64,000 bases of DNA from Octopus vulgaris (GCA_951406725.2 OX597837.1:34534001-34598000); one strand, 5' to 3'; counted from the stretch's first letter, positions 27,645-41,846 are shown. Numbers and translations are program-made. The notes: a model not told the origin generated them from the sequence alone.

Positions 27645-28595
27645 TATATATAGTAATTTGATACAGCATTGAAAAACATTATGCGGGTGGGGTTATGGGG
27701 CTTCCTTGTTAATATATAAAAGGAAACCCAAATGTGTAGAAATTTTCAAAGCTGTATCAACTTACTATTATACTTATCAATAGGACCAAACAACCAGAGC
27801 AATCTGAAAATCATTGCTGCTAGAACGGAAAATGGTAAATGCTAATGTTTCAGCTTAAAATGGAATTAAACTGAGTGTTTGGTTCCAGAGGAACGGAAAG
27901 AAATTTTATAAAAGAAGTCCCAAGAGAGTTGGACATGGTAAATGAATGATTAGTACTAGTAAGTAAGAGTGGAGTAACAGTATATTTAGTACATAAATAA
28001 AAAATCTGTATAGATGGTCACAATTGGGTTGGTGGAAAAAAAAAAAAAAAGAACTTATAAGGAAAAAGAAGAAATAGGAGAGTAAGGAGGGGGGAGAGAA
28101 AGAAGGTGAGGAAGACACAAAATGCTTAGGGAGTGGAGACAGAAGAGAGCAAGGTTAATTTTTTTCTGGTTTGACGGTTAAAGCTACATTGAAACTATTT
28201 CGGTGAATATCTATGTCTAGTGAGTCTTTACAATTCAAGGAACATCTTTGTCTACTTGGAGAAAAGTGAAAATTTGTAAGATATCTATAATCGCATTTAT
28301 TACGTTCTTTCCTAATAGTATTACCAATGCTTACAGCCCACCCCTCCCAATAACCCATCCAATTACATCAATTTACAAGCTAAGGAATGCGTTACAATCA
28401 GCTACAAACAACAGGGTTAAACATTAAACTTCATTAAATCAATATGAATGTTAAAATAAAATTAATCTAAAAACAATCATCATAATTTTACCAATAATCT
28501 CTGACGGATTACTGATAAAATTATCTTTGTTAACCAAACCTAAACTGAATTAGATTCGGTATATGTATATATGTATACCTAAACTGGATTAGATT

Positions 28596-28642
<47 letters not shown>

Positions 28643-28838
28643 TGTGACTATCGTGACCAACCAGGCTATCAGATGTTGCTACACATCACTGCTCACAATG
28701 CGCTTTGCATTGTTATAGCCTTCAAATGACGCCACCCCACTGGCTAAGGGAGCAGGCCAACAGAAGAAAGAGTGAGAGAAAGTTGTGGCGAAAGAGTACA
28801 GCAGAAACTGTGACCTGATCACTGACAAAATTCCACGC

Positions 28839-28883
<45 letters not shown>

Positions 28884-30378
28884 TGAGATTATTGTTAAAA
28901 TTTAACAAATAGCTGATTTATAGAATAATGGTAGTACTTCTTATTAATTAGTTCAATAACTTAACCAACAAACACCAATTTAAATTTACCTAATTCAACA
29001 TTAAATAATGTTAACCATCGATTACTAAATCTTTGCACAGAAGAGCATTAGTTTTGGAAAAAAATTACATTCAAATTAAGGAATTGAATATCAAAATAAT
29101 CCTGCATGTAAGAAAATTATAAGTTGCTTTTGATAAGGGTTAATAGGTGAAAAAAGAGGACTCTAATGTTTTTGGTGTAGCCATGGGAAGCATAGATTCT
29201 GCAGAAATTTGTGAGCTTGCTGGCTTTTATATTTTACATTGGTCAAACAAGAAATTTGACTATTTTAAATATGGTCTGTACAGAGGTATAGGTTTAATCA
29301 TTACATGAAATCTAAAAAAAAAAACCCCGACAACTAGATGTGTTCAGGAATGACCTAGTTGAATTACTCGAAGACATAAATCTAAAAACAACAGTTGAAA
29401 CAAATTCGCATAGAGTTAAGAGTCTTGGGATATAAAATTCGATCTAAAAACAAATAAATACTCACCATTTAAAAGAAAAAGAACAATGGAAAAACAAATG
29501 GAAGTTTATAAAACGTAAATACAAACTCAATCAACCACCTGTTGTAATTAATTAATTTAGTGGAAACAATTAGTAAAAGGTTATTTAGTATTTTGTTTGC
29601 TAAACATTCCTTACAGAGTAGACCTTTATTTTAATTAATAAAGCATTAAAATAAGGAAGGTTTAAAGATAAAATTAAATAATATATAATGTCTGGATTCT
29701 ATTTCAGAGTTATCTTCTTCCAATATGTGTGTGTGTGTGTGTGTGTGTGTGTATTCGTTTGCTCATTTAGCATCTATTTTTAAATGCTAACCTGGGCTGG
29801 ACAGGTACTTATCTGAAGTAGGATTTTGCAGATGGATGCTCTTCCTATCACCAATCCTTGCCTGTGTATATAAGCACATGCACGTTTTACTATAGTTGTA
29901 AGTCAACTAGTGCTTGCAAGTAGATTTTGCTGAGAGAAACTGTAGGAAGCCTGTTGTATATGTGTGTGTGTGTGTGTCTAATATATATACTCTTTACTCT
30001 TTTACTTGTTTCAGTCATTTGACTGCGGCCATGCTGGAGCACCGCCTTTAGTCGAGTAAATCGACCCCGGGACTTATTCTTTGTAAATCCAGTACTTATT
30101 CTATCGGTCTCTTTTTGCCAAACCGCTAAGTGACGGGGATGTAAACACACCAACATCGGTTGTCAAGCAATGCTAGGGGGACAAACACACACACACATAT
30201 ATACATATATATATATACGACAGGCTTCTTTCAGTTTCCGTCTACCAAATCCACTCACAAGGCATTGGTCGGCCCGGGGCTATAGCAGAAGACACTTGCC
30301 CAAGATGCCACGCAGTGGGACTGAACCCGGAACCATGTGGTTGGTTAGCAAGCTACTTACCACACAGCCACTCCTGCG

Positions 30379-30423
<45 letters not shown>

Positions 30424-31759
30424 TTTGTTTTTTACCTGTTTCAGTTTTGACACTACAGCCATGCTGGGGCACTGCCTTGAAGAATTATTAGTTGAAAGAA
30501 TCAACCTCAAAACTTTTTTTAGTTAAACTTGGTGCTTATTCTATCGGTCTGTTTCGCCAAACTGCTAAGTTAAAGAGATGTAAACGTACTAACACCAGTA
30601 GTCAAGCTGTGGTGGTGGGAAAACACATACACAAAGACACACACCATCATCATCATCCTCATTATTTAGCATCTGCTTTCCATGCTCTCATGGGTTGGAC
30701 TGTTTGACTGGAGCTGGCAAGCTGGAGAGCTGCACCAAGTTCCAGTCTGATTTGGCTTGGTATCTATGGCTGGATGCCCTTCCTAATGTATATATACATA
30801 TATGACGGGCTTCTTTCAGTTTCCATCTACCAAATCCACTCACAAGAATTTGGTTGACCCAAGGCTACAGTAGAAAACACTTGCTCAAGGTACCACACAG
30901 TGGGACTGAACCCAGAAGAATGTGATTAGGAAGCAAGCTCCTTACCACACAGCCACTCCTGCACCTATATATATATATATATATATATATATAATCATCA
31001 TTTAACGTCTGCTTTCCATGCTGGCATGAGTTGGAAGGTTTGACAGAGAACTAGCAAGCCAGGAGGCTGTACCAGGCTTCAGTCTGATTTGGCAAGGTTT
31101 CTATATATATTACACATATATTTGATGATGATGATAATGTTTATATATACATATATGTATATGTCTATGTGCACATACATACATTTGAATAATTATCATC
31201 CTCATCCTCCTTTAATGTCCATTTTTCATGCTGGCATGGGTTGGACGGCTTGACAGGAGTACGACGGTTATTTCAAATTCCGCCGAGGTCGACTTTGCCT
31301 TTCATTCTTTCGGGGTCGATAAATTAAGTACCAGTTACGCACTGGGGGTCGATGTAATCGACTTAATGTCCTTGTTTATCACCTCTATGTTTAGCCCCTT
31401 GTGGGCAATAAAGAAGTAAGGAGTACGACGGTTATTATCCACACATCAAAGCTTCAGTGAAATATTCCCTATTGACATAATGACTGGTTGCTTGGCTTTT
31501 CCTGGAATAAAATCCCTACCTTGAAACAAAAAAAAAAAAACAGTAAGGATTGGTGATAGGGAGCGTATCTAGTCAAAAAGACCTGCTGCAACAAGTTTTT
31601 CATCTAACTCATGCCAGCATGGAAAAACTGATGTGAAATGAATAAACAAATGTGTAACTGTGTGTGTGTGTGTGTGTGTGTGTCTATATTTCTTTGTTTC
31701 GTTAGGGAAATAAACCATAAATATATATTAATAGTAATAATAAGTATTTGGAAAGTGTG

Positions 31760-31800
<41 letters not shown>

Positions 31801-32128
31801 TATATATATATATAAAAAATATATATATATATGTATATGTTAGTATTGTGTATGAGGTATGACTAGCTCAGAGAAAGGGAAGAACTTGATATGTTTATAG
31901 AGCAATAACTTTACTGTAGGTCCTGGAAAGTTCAGTGCCTCACAGTTTCATCCCAAGGTGGAGATCTTCAGACAGAGGATCAAACTACAAGTCACAGAGT
32001 CTGGCATTACTGAATAACTTTCCCCAAAGACACAACAACAGTTATACACATTCATATATATATATATATAAGTAGCTGCATATACGTAAGAGGGTAAAGA
32101 AAAATAAAAGTGAACAAAAATAACGATG

Positions 32129-32162
<34 letters not shown>

Positions 32163-33364
32163 TGATAACAATAAAGAAAGAAAAAGTGAATGCAAGCAGG
32201 GAGATACTTACAAAATCATACATCTGACCCTGGCAGGAGGAGGAGGAGAAGAAGAAGAAGAGGTAGAGAGAGAGAGAATGGAATGGTTGAGCAGCAAAAC
32301 AATGGTTATATATGTATATATAACCACCACAGGCCATGAGGACAAAACAATAGACAACAGTAGCAACAACAACAACATCAACAATGACGGTCACAAGACA
32401 ATGAAGGAGAGAGCCTCTGTATGGTTGGTCGCTCAACTTGCTAGAAACAGAAGCTAAAATTTTCCACGAAGTCACGACCTGCAAGGAGAGGGCGTGTCGA
32501 ATAACGTAGTCCTACAGACTGATAAAATGATGGGATGGTCATGACTGGAGTGTCTTTGATCGTAGGTCTTCTTGGTCATACTTGAACTGGCATTAAACAG
32601 TAGTAATAACAACAAGCCAACAAGAAAAAATTCTAGGTGGTTTCTTGGGATGCTAGAGATAGCAGTCAATCCTCCCCTTGTCCCTTAAGTCAGAAGAGGG
32701 ATTTAGTTGATGGCATAGACCTTGTTATAAAATGATCAAGAAATGGATAGCAGGGTCACAGGTGGAATGCTTTTGAACATTGATCTGATGGGTCATGATT
32801 GACCTAGGGTTAAATACCAACGTGGATGGAAGACAATGACAACAACAATAACAACAAACAATAGTGATGACAATAACACAAGAACGATGACAACAACGAT
32901 GGCAGCAGCGGTGGCAATAATAGCAACAAAAACATCATCATCAACATAAAAAAATAAAGAACAAAAGTATAAACAAATAAAATGAAAGTAAAAGAAGAAA
33001 GGAAAAAAAACTAAAAAGAGAAAGAGAGAAAGCAAGAGAGAAAAAGAGAGAGAATTGTAGAGTTGGATAGACAGTGGGACAGTTAGGAGAGAGATCAGGA
33101 GAGAGAGCTAAAGAGAAAGTGAAAGTAGGATAGAGTTGGAGAAAGAGAGAGGACGAATTAAAGGTCTAAATAGTTGGATAGAGTTAGCATTAGAAGTAGT
33201 AGGAGTTAGAGGGAGAGAGTTTGGGAGGTGAAGAAATAAGAGAGAGAGAGCGAGAGAGAGAGCATTAGTGTTAAAAGGAGAGAGAGAGAGAGAGAGATTC
33301 AAATAATGACTGAAAGAAGTTAGAAAGGGAATTGGCAAACACCAATTTGTGTAATTGTATAGGG

Positions 33365-33367
33365 AGT

Positions 33368-33430
<63 letters not shown>

Positions 33431-33452
33431 AGGAAGGTCAATGTGGAAGGGT

Positions 33453-33483
<31 letters not shown>

Positions 33484-33600
33484 AGGAAGGTCAATGTGGA
33501 AGGGTGAGAGAGTGAGAGAGAGAGAGAGAGGGAGAGAAAGGAAGGTCAATGTGGAAGGGTGAGAGAGAAAGAGAAAGGAAGGTCAATGTGGAAGGGTGAA
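33365..33600. repeat. GA-rich minisatellite
   Basis: Four copies of agaaaggaaggtcaatgtggaagggtga separated by (GA)n. Confidence 0.85.
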
Positions 33601-34212
33601 AGGGTGTAGGTGTTGGTAAAATAAGGGTGGGTGAGAGAATTAAGGGTGTGTGATGGCTTTGGTGTTTTTCCCGAGGGGGGTTCAATAATTTTGCTTGTGT
33701 ATGTGTTTGTTGCTTATTCCCCAGGAGAACATTGGCAGAAAAAAAGTTGATGAAGGCCATCTCAACCACGACTGCCTCTACCGGTAAAAAGTTTCAGTGC
33801 AGTTAGGTGCTTTTCAGGTTCAATTCCACTGTGAGACGTCTTCTGTTAGGAGGCACAAGCACTTACACACACATGTACACACACACAGCAGTAACTTCCG
33901 CCAACCAAATTCCTTTACAAAGCTTCGGTCGACCTGGAGCTATAGCAGGTGCCATGCAGTGGGATTGAACCCAAAACCATGTAGCTGGGAAGCAAACTTC
34001 CTAACCACACAGCCATATATATATATTTATAATAAGCGTAGATCGTATGCTTGCTACCGACAAAACACCGCCACGTGGATTCTGTTGAGACCAGTAAGAA
34101 ACAATTATGAACTTTTTTATTACACTTAACTTTTTAAGATATTTTTGATAAGGTTCGTTTTTTCAAGCAGAACCGAAACATGTAAAATTTCTAAGAAAAT
34201 TAAAATTTATCT

Positions 34213-34247
<35 letters not shown>

Positions 34248-34450
34248 AAAAGTTGCCTCTCTTAGGTAAATCTCATTTATGAGAGCCAAGTAGCTTGAAA
34301 CATCAAAGTGAAATCTTTAAATATAATAAAAGAATTTATCTATTCTCAGTGCATTTTCAACTTGTATTTTTTCTCTATTTCTACCTGTGTGGAATAAAAT
34401 AACTTTGTCTTGCACACACACAGATATATTTTTAAGCAGTTAAGTATATA

Positions 34451-34680
34451 TGTCCAGTCATAGAATGACCAATGGTTTCATAATAAAAGGGCTTAGCCCC
34501 ATGGATGACTTGTCGGGCTCTAAAGTTGAAGGCAAGTAATTCTTCAACTTTAGGAGGTAGGAATCCGTTATGGTCACGGAGCTAAAGAATTATATGCCTT
34601 TGGTTTTAGAATCTGATGAGTCATCACTGGGGCTAAGCTATTGATGGATGTGAAACCATTGGTCACTCTATGACTGGACA
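34451..34680. mobile_element. Inverted-repeat element with hammerhead-like motif in each arm (Penelope pLTR-like)
   Basis: tgtccagtcatagaatgaccaatggtttca ... tgaaaccattggtcactctatgactggaca. The right arm has CTGATGAG...GAAACCATTGGTC. A related deleted copy lies at about 14836-14970. Confidence 0.7.
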
Positions 34681-35020
34681 GGCTTAAATGCATACAAATA
34701 CATTACTACTCTACGCTTTCGAGTGTACTTCTGTTTCAGACATATGACACATTGACCCTAGAAGAATATATTGATCTATTCTTACTTTACCACTCAAATA
34801 TACACTACCTTCCACTCCTTTCTAAGGTCTATACCATATTTTATACTATGTTCTTTATGCATAAATTTTATCAGTTAATGGTTTGCAGCCGAATATATTC
34901 AACATGTAGGTATTGAATACCTATTTTGTATATCTTAAACTACCTCTGACGAGATTCGACTTTCAAATAATTTTTAATTTTATTAATTAATTTAATTCTC
35001 TCCCTATTTTCTTATTGAAA

Positions 35021-35059
<39 letters not shown>

Positions 35060-35667
35060 ATATAGTCAAATAAGTTTTGGGTAAAAACCTTGTAGAATGC
35101 TGTGCAAAGCCCATTCAAGTTATTGGCTACCTAATGCTATCATAGTGGCAATGCTTGCCCCATCACTTTGGGTATGCATTCTCACACAGAGTAGAATGAC
35201 AGTCAGATCTAATGAAGGACTTATTTAAACAATCACCTGAAGAGGTGCATTTTATATCTTGGATGGATGATAATCATTACACTACATCTCATCAATGTAC
35301 AATGAATGTAAAAATGCGTCGAAACAATTGTAATGTTTTTAAATAAAGAATGTCATTCATTCCATTTTCTCTCTATCTATCTATATAAAGACATGTATTA
35401 TCATCATACGTACAAACACACCCAGTGGATGTAGGGAATGGGGGAGGTAAATATGTACTACATATGTTTCAAAGGAAAAAAAAAACATTCATAATTTTAT
35501 TGACGACTTTGAAGTTTCACTGGATATGATACAGCGAATTCAAACTTCAAATTTACTCTCATCAAAATTAAAACAACAGACAAACACTTGTTTTCAGTCA
35601 ATGTTCATAGGTATTTTTTTAAGCACATGACAACACTTTAAATACATGCCTATGTATAGGCATACAA

Positions 35668-35724
<57 letters not shown>

Positions 35725-35966
35725 ATATTCATACATACATATTTCTCTTTCTCTTTTCTCTTTTACTTGTTTCAGCCATTTGACTGCGGCCATGCTGGAG
35801 CACCGCTTTTAATTGAGCAACTCAACCCCGGGACTTATTCTTTGTAAGCCCAGTACTTATTCTATCAGTCTCTGCCGAACCGCTAAGTGACGGGGACGTA
35901 AACACACCAGCATCGGTTGTCAAGCAATGCTAGGGGACAAACACAGACACACAAACACACACATGC

Positions 35967-35997
<31 letters not shown>

Positions 35998-36381
35998 TAC
36001 GACGGGCTTCTTTTCATACCAAATCCATAGGCTTCGGTCGGCCCGAGGCTATAGTACAAACACATGCCCAAGGTGCCATATACAAAACCGGAACCATGTG
36101 GTTGGTAAACAAGCTACTTACCACACAGCCACTCCTGCGCCTATATATATGTATATATAAAAATTCATATACACACACACATATAATATATATATATCTA
36201 CACACACACACACACACACATATACCCTAAATACATGTTCAGCAAAAGAGATTGATAAAATAAGTAACAGCGTTAAGAAGTTAAGTTCCAGGGGGTGAGG
36301 GGCAATTTGTTTGACTAAAACCAATCATAGTGGTGCTCCAGCATGACCATAGCCAAATGACTGAAACAAGCAAAAGATAAA

Positions 36382-36426
<45 letters not shown>

Positions 36427-36427
<1 letters not shown>

Positions 36428-36567
36428 GACTGACCACTAAAAGTGGACGGTTAACATGCTAGATATAGATGTCAAAATCGCTATTTTCCATGAAAAATTT
36501 TCGTGGAAAATAGCGATTTTGACGTCTATATCTAGCATATTGACTGTCCACTTTTAGTGGTCAGTCC
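36427..36567. repeat. Foldback palindrome, 70-bp arms, 1-nt centre
   Basis: ggactgaccactaaaagtggac...gtccacttttagtggtcagtcc with 5 transition mismatches, lying between (TA)n tracts. Confidence 0.92.
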
Positions 36568-39500
36568 CTTAAATTTTGTATGTAAAAATATTTTAATCTT
36601 CGGATTTTTTTAATATGCTAGGCCACTGGTTTTAATTGATTGATATCAATTTCTACCCTTATTAAATTTTATATATATATATATATATAGGCGCAGGAGT
36701 GGCTGTGTGGTAAGTAGCTTGCTAACCAACCACATGGTTCCGGGTTCAGTCCCACTGCGTGGCATCTTGGGCAAGTGTCTTCTGCTATAGCCCCGGGCCG
36801 ACCAATGCCTTGTGAGTGGATTTGGGAGACGGAAACTGAAAGAAGCCTGTCATATATATGTATATATATATAAGTGTGTGTGTTTGTTTGTGTGTCTGTG
36901 TTTTCCCCCTAGCATTGCTTGAGAACCGATGCTGGTGTGTTTATGTCCCCCGTCACTTAGCGGTTCGGCAAAAAAGAGACCGATAGGATAAGTACTGGGC
37001 TCTTACAAAAAGAATAAGTCCCGGGGTCGATTTGCTCGATTAAAAAAGGCGGTGCTCCAGCATGGCCGCAGTCAAATGACTGAAACATGTAAAAAAAAAA
37101 AAGAAAAAAAAAAAAAAAGAAATATACACACTCATACATATACACATACATACACACACGTTTATATGTATACAAACAAACACACATGCATGTGTGTGTG
37201 TGTAGATTAATACTGTCTGACTATAAACACTTTACTGAGTCATGCAGGTCTTGGTGACATTCTGCGGAACTGCCTGCCTGCCTGGCTGCCTGTTAAGTTC
37301 CTGTCACCAAGAATAATTCTGCAGCAGTGCTAAAGCTATTTAAAAAACACCACCACATTAGCAACAACATTAACATAGCAGGGAGCCTATATGGAACCTG
37401 TGCGTGGTCACTCGGTTTGCTAGAAACAGCAGCCAAAACCCCTCAAGTCACACACAAAAATTAAAAAAAAAAAAGAATGCATATTATGCTTGTCCCAGGC
37501 CAGACTGTATATGGAAATATAATGGAAATATTATTAAGGGATGGTCAGGGATGGAATGTCATTGAAGGTTAATTTGATTGTGGGAGGGACTTTAACAGCA
37601 TGGCGATGAACCAAGGAGAGAGCACCTATGTGTTTTGTGGCAGAATCCTAGAAATAGCAGCCAAATCTCACAAAAACGCTTCTTATGAAAGAAAGATTAC
37701 ACTGGATTATATAACCTTAGGATATCATCATCATCATCACCGTTGTCATTTTAATGTCCACTTCTCAGGCGAGATTTGCTGAGGCAGATATTCTTGGCTG
37801 GGCGCTCTTCCCGTTGTCAACCCTCACCTGTTTTCAAGTACGGTAATATCTCTTCTTGTCCTTCATACACGAAGAGCACATTGATGGGATGCCCTCACAC
37901 AGAATTGCAAATGAACAACACTGCTTGTATGAGAGTGAGACTCTCTTTTACTCTTTACTCTTTTACTTGTTTCAGTCATTTGACTGCGGCCATGCTGGAG
38001 CACCGCCTTTAATCGAGCAACTCGACCCCGGGACTTATTCTATTGTAAGCCCAGTACTTATTCTATTGGTCTCTTTTGCCGAACCGCTAGATAACGGGGA
38101 CATAAACACACCAGCATCGGTTGTCATGCAATGCTAGGGGGACAAACACAGACACACAAACCCACACACGCATATACATACATATATACGACAGGCTTCT
38201 TTCAGTTTCCATCTACCAAATCCACTCACAAGGCTTTGGTCGGCCCGAGGCTATAGTAGAAGACACTTGCCCAAGGTGCCACGCAGTGGGACTGAACCCG
38301 GGACCATGTGGTTGGTAAACAAGCTACTTACCACACAGCCACTCCTGTAACATACAATGTCAAGACAAAATGACATGAACACACACACACACGTGTATGC
38401 ATGTGTGCATATATATATGTGTGTGTGCATGATATGTACCAGAGTAAGCACATAAATGAAAAAGAAGGTGAGGAAAAAATAGTACTCGAATACCATGGAT
38501 AGAGTAATTAAAAAGCAGCAAAATTATCACAAAAACTGTTACTCAGAGTTTCTGTGATATTTTTGCTGCTCCTCACTTTATTTCTTTGGTCCATGCTGGC
38601 ATGGGTTGAACAGTTCGATAGGTTTGGCAAGTCGAAAGACTGCACTAAGCTCTACTGACTGTTTGGACAAGGTTTCTATGGTTGGATGCCCTTCCTTGTT
38701 GCCAACCTCTTTACACAAGTTTTTATGTTTCACCAGCACCAGTGAGGTCACCAAGTACCTTGCAAGGCAACACCCTCCCTCAACTGAAGGAGGGGGGGGG
38801 GCAGTATTGAGGAAGGGACAAAGAGAAAAAAAAGGTGTCTTGCAGTAAAGGAGACACATAGTTACATCAGATGGGAGGAAAAAGAGAGAGAGAGAGAGTG
38901 GGAGAGAGAGAGAAAGAAAGAGAGGGAGAAGGAGAGAGAAAGAGAGAGAAGGAGAGAGAAAGAGAGAGAAGGAGAGAGAAAGAGGAGAGCGAGAGAAGGA
39001 GAGAAAGAGAAGGAGAGAGAGATATAAGATGTAGATGTGACAGAACCTAAATTACAAAGAGGTGTATGTAAGTGGAACCAGGGATTGGATAAGGTGAGTG
39101 GGTGGGTAAGTTTGTGAGATTACGAAAGGAAAGTAGGAGATGGAGTAGAGGGAAGAATGTAGTGCGTGGTCCCAGGTAGGGGGAGGGGGTTTCAGGAGGA
39201 TATGTTGAGGGAAGAGATTTGACAGGTGTATATAAATGTGCGTGTATAATAGATGAGAGAAAGAGAAAATTGAAGTCATGAGAATCATTATCAATCACAA
39301 CAACCTGTTTTGACTCATCTTGCATCAGTCCCTCACAGGTGAGATTCTGAACATTGGCTTGGGGGGGGGGGGGGGCTTCCTGGACACTAGGAGTCAAGAA
39401 GAGTGAGAAATGGAAGGTTGATGTATGAGAGAGAGAGAGAGAGTAGATAGGGTTATGTGGGTAGATGGGTAGGACTGTGAGTGTAGATGCAAGAACTCGA

Positions 39501-39813
39501 GGGTAGGTGGGTAGGCAGTATTGGAAGAGTAGATTTGGAGACTGGAGGGTGGTAGAAGTGGGTGTGAAAACTGAGAGTAAGTAGGTGTGGGTATATGTGA
39601 TGATTGGAGGGAGGGTGGCCATGTAGGTTGTATGGGTGGATATGATGACTGGAGAGTAAATGTGCAAGTGGAGGGGTTCAGTGGAGTTCTATCCGAGTCT
39701 TCATAGGATGAGCCATGTGACCCAATAGCCTAAGGGAATCATACATTTTAGTCATTAAAAAAAAGAGAATACATACACACAAACCTGCCTCAATGGATTT
39801 AAGCTCATTCCTT

Positions 39814-39847
<34 letters not shown>

Positions 39848-40555
39848 TGGAGGGAAGGAGGAAATGAGAGAGCAAGAAGAGGTGGCAAAGGAGCAAATGA
39901 AGGTAAGAGAGAGAAGGGTTCATGGAAAAGTATTTAGAGGATTATGGACAATTGTCCAATTAACTAATGACTGAGAGATAAAACCTATTTCTTTACTACC
40001 CACAAGGGGCTAAACACAGAGGGGACAAACAAGGACAGACAAACGGATTAAGTCGATTATATCGACCCCAGTGCGTAACTGGTACTTAATTTATCAACCT
40101 CGAAAGGATGGAAGGCAAAGTCGACCTCGGCAGAATTTGAACTCAGAACGTTACGGCAGACAAAATACTCATTTCGCCCGGCGTGCTAAAAATTCTGCCA
40201 GCTCATTCAAGCAAATAATAAAATACCTTCAAGTAAATAATAAAACAAAACAATAGCAAAGTTACTAATGCTTAACTATTGTTTTTCCCTGCTGATGGTA
40301 TGTCTGAGTAATTCATTCTCTAAACAATTCCATTTTCCTGTTGTGAGCAGGATACAATCTTCTATATTAGCAATTCCTTCATCATAACTGAAGTTTATGG
40401 ATTGCTGATGAGACCAGAATAGGACTGAAACATATCTGGAATTTTCTGCCAGACTTGTTGAGACAACTAAATATTATTAGTCATTAACTAATTTCAATAT
40501 GTTTTATTTTTCCCTCATCAGATTATTAATTCTAGTTAGTTTATTAATGTGCCCT

Positions 40556-40776
40556 GCACAGCTCCCATGACTTTCGGAAACATTTTTTCACGCTCAGAGT
40601 TGCTGAAGCATGGAACAAACTGCCTGCGTCAGTTGTTGACTGCCATGACACTGCATCCTTTAAGGCCCTCATGCTTTCCGAAATCCGCCAAAACTACACC
40701 TGATTATACATACACTTTAGATGAGTTGTAGTGCACCTGAGCACTGTACACAATGTTTTTATTATTATTATTATTA
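40556..40776 (+). mobile_element. CR1-clade LINE 3' fragment
   Basis: Near-identical to about 22880-23105, with a (TTA)n tail. Confidence 0.85.
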
Positions 40777-41468
40777 ACTTCACTAATTATTTAGTCTTAG
40801 ATCCAGAGAGAGTTGCTGGATAATGTAGGCTTCACTGAATTGTCAGTATGAGAGGAAGGATGGTCATGGCTGGAACGTGTTTGATGATTATAAGTTGGCT
40901 CAAATAAGAGATAACCTGAAGCTAAACAATAACAGCAACAACAACAACAGAATCAAGCCCATGCTGGAGCTTCTAAATGGTCACTGGCCCTGCTAAAAAC
41001 ACCCAAAGCAGTAGGCCACATGGGTTGGTTTGCATCTTATGTATCATTGTCCTGTTAACTATTTCTAGTCACAAGACACATTGCAGGAAGAGACAGAGAG
41101 GAGGAAGGAAGGAGAGCAAGAGAGAGAGAGAAGCCAGGGAAAGAGGAGGGTAAGAAAGAGAAAAGAACAGTGAGAGAGAAAGAGCACATGTCTCTCGTAC
41201 AACAACTCATATCAGAATCTTAAGACTGTTTATCTTTGCAAATGCCGTGGGTCACAGAAAGCACTGACTTTCAACATGTGACACCATACGTCATATAAAA
41301 ACACATATTTATTTAATTCTGTTATACAATACAAATTCAAATTTGATGCTAAACAACTAGTGAAGGATGGGGAAGAGACAATAACAAATAACGCACTAAT
41401 GGTAAATGAGTTTGTGGGTGTCGGTTGGTTCTTTGAGATTAAGAGAATTCTAACATTAATAGCGAGAA

Positions 41469-41846
41469 GAAGCACTCCGTCGGTTACGACGACGAGGGTT
41501 CCAGTTGATCCGATCAACAGAACAGCCTGCTCGTAAAATTAACGTGTAAGTGGCTGAGCACTCCACAGACACGTGTACCCTTAACGTAGTTCTCGGGGAT
41601 ATTCAGCGTGACACAGAGAGTGACAAGGCCGGCCCTTTGAAATACAGGTACAACAGAAACAGGAAGTAAGAGTGAGAGAAAGTTGTGGTGAAAGAGTACA
41701 GCAGGGATCACCACCCCCTGCCGGAGCCTCGTGGAGCTTTAGGTGTTTTCGCTCAATAAACACTCACAACGCCCGGTCTGGGAATCGAAACCGTGATCCT
41801 ATGACCGCGAGTCCACTGCCTTAACCACTGGGCCATTGCGCCTCCA
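41469..41846 (-). mobile_element. tRNA-derived SINE family D flanked by 214-bp direct repeats
   Basis: Full-length copy; flanks 41249-41462 and 41847-42060 are direct repeats of each other. Confidence 0.92.

Noticed and set aside
33727-33783. Plus-strand exon-like segment (nested antisense gene)
   Set aside because: A good acceptor but isolated; no partner exons or recognisable peptide.
39306-39380. Possible exon EAPPPPQANVQNLTCEGLMQDESKQ
   Set aside because: The frame depends on a homopolymer G run, the donor gttgtt is poor, and no homology was recognised.
40405-40440. CTGATGAG...TGAAAC hammerhead-like motif
   Set aside because: Stems I and II do not pair convincingly.
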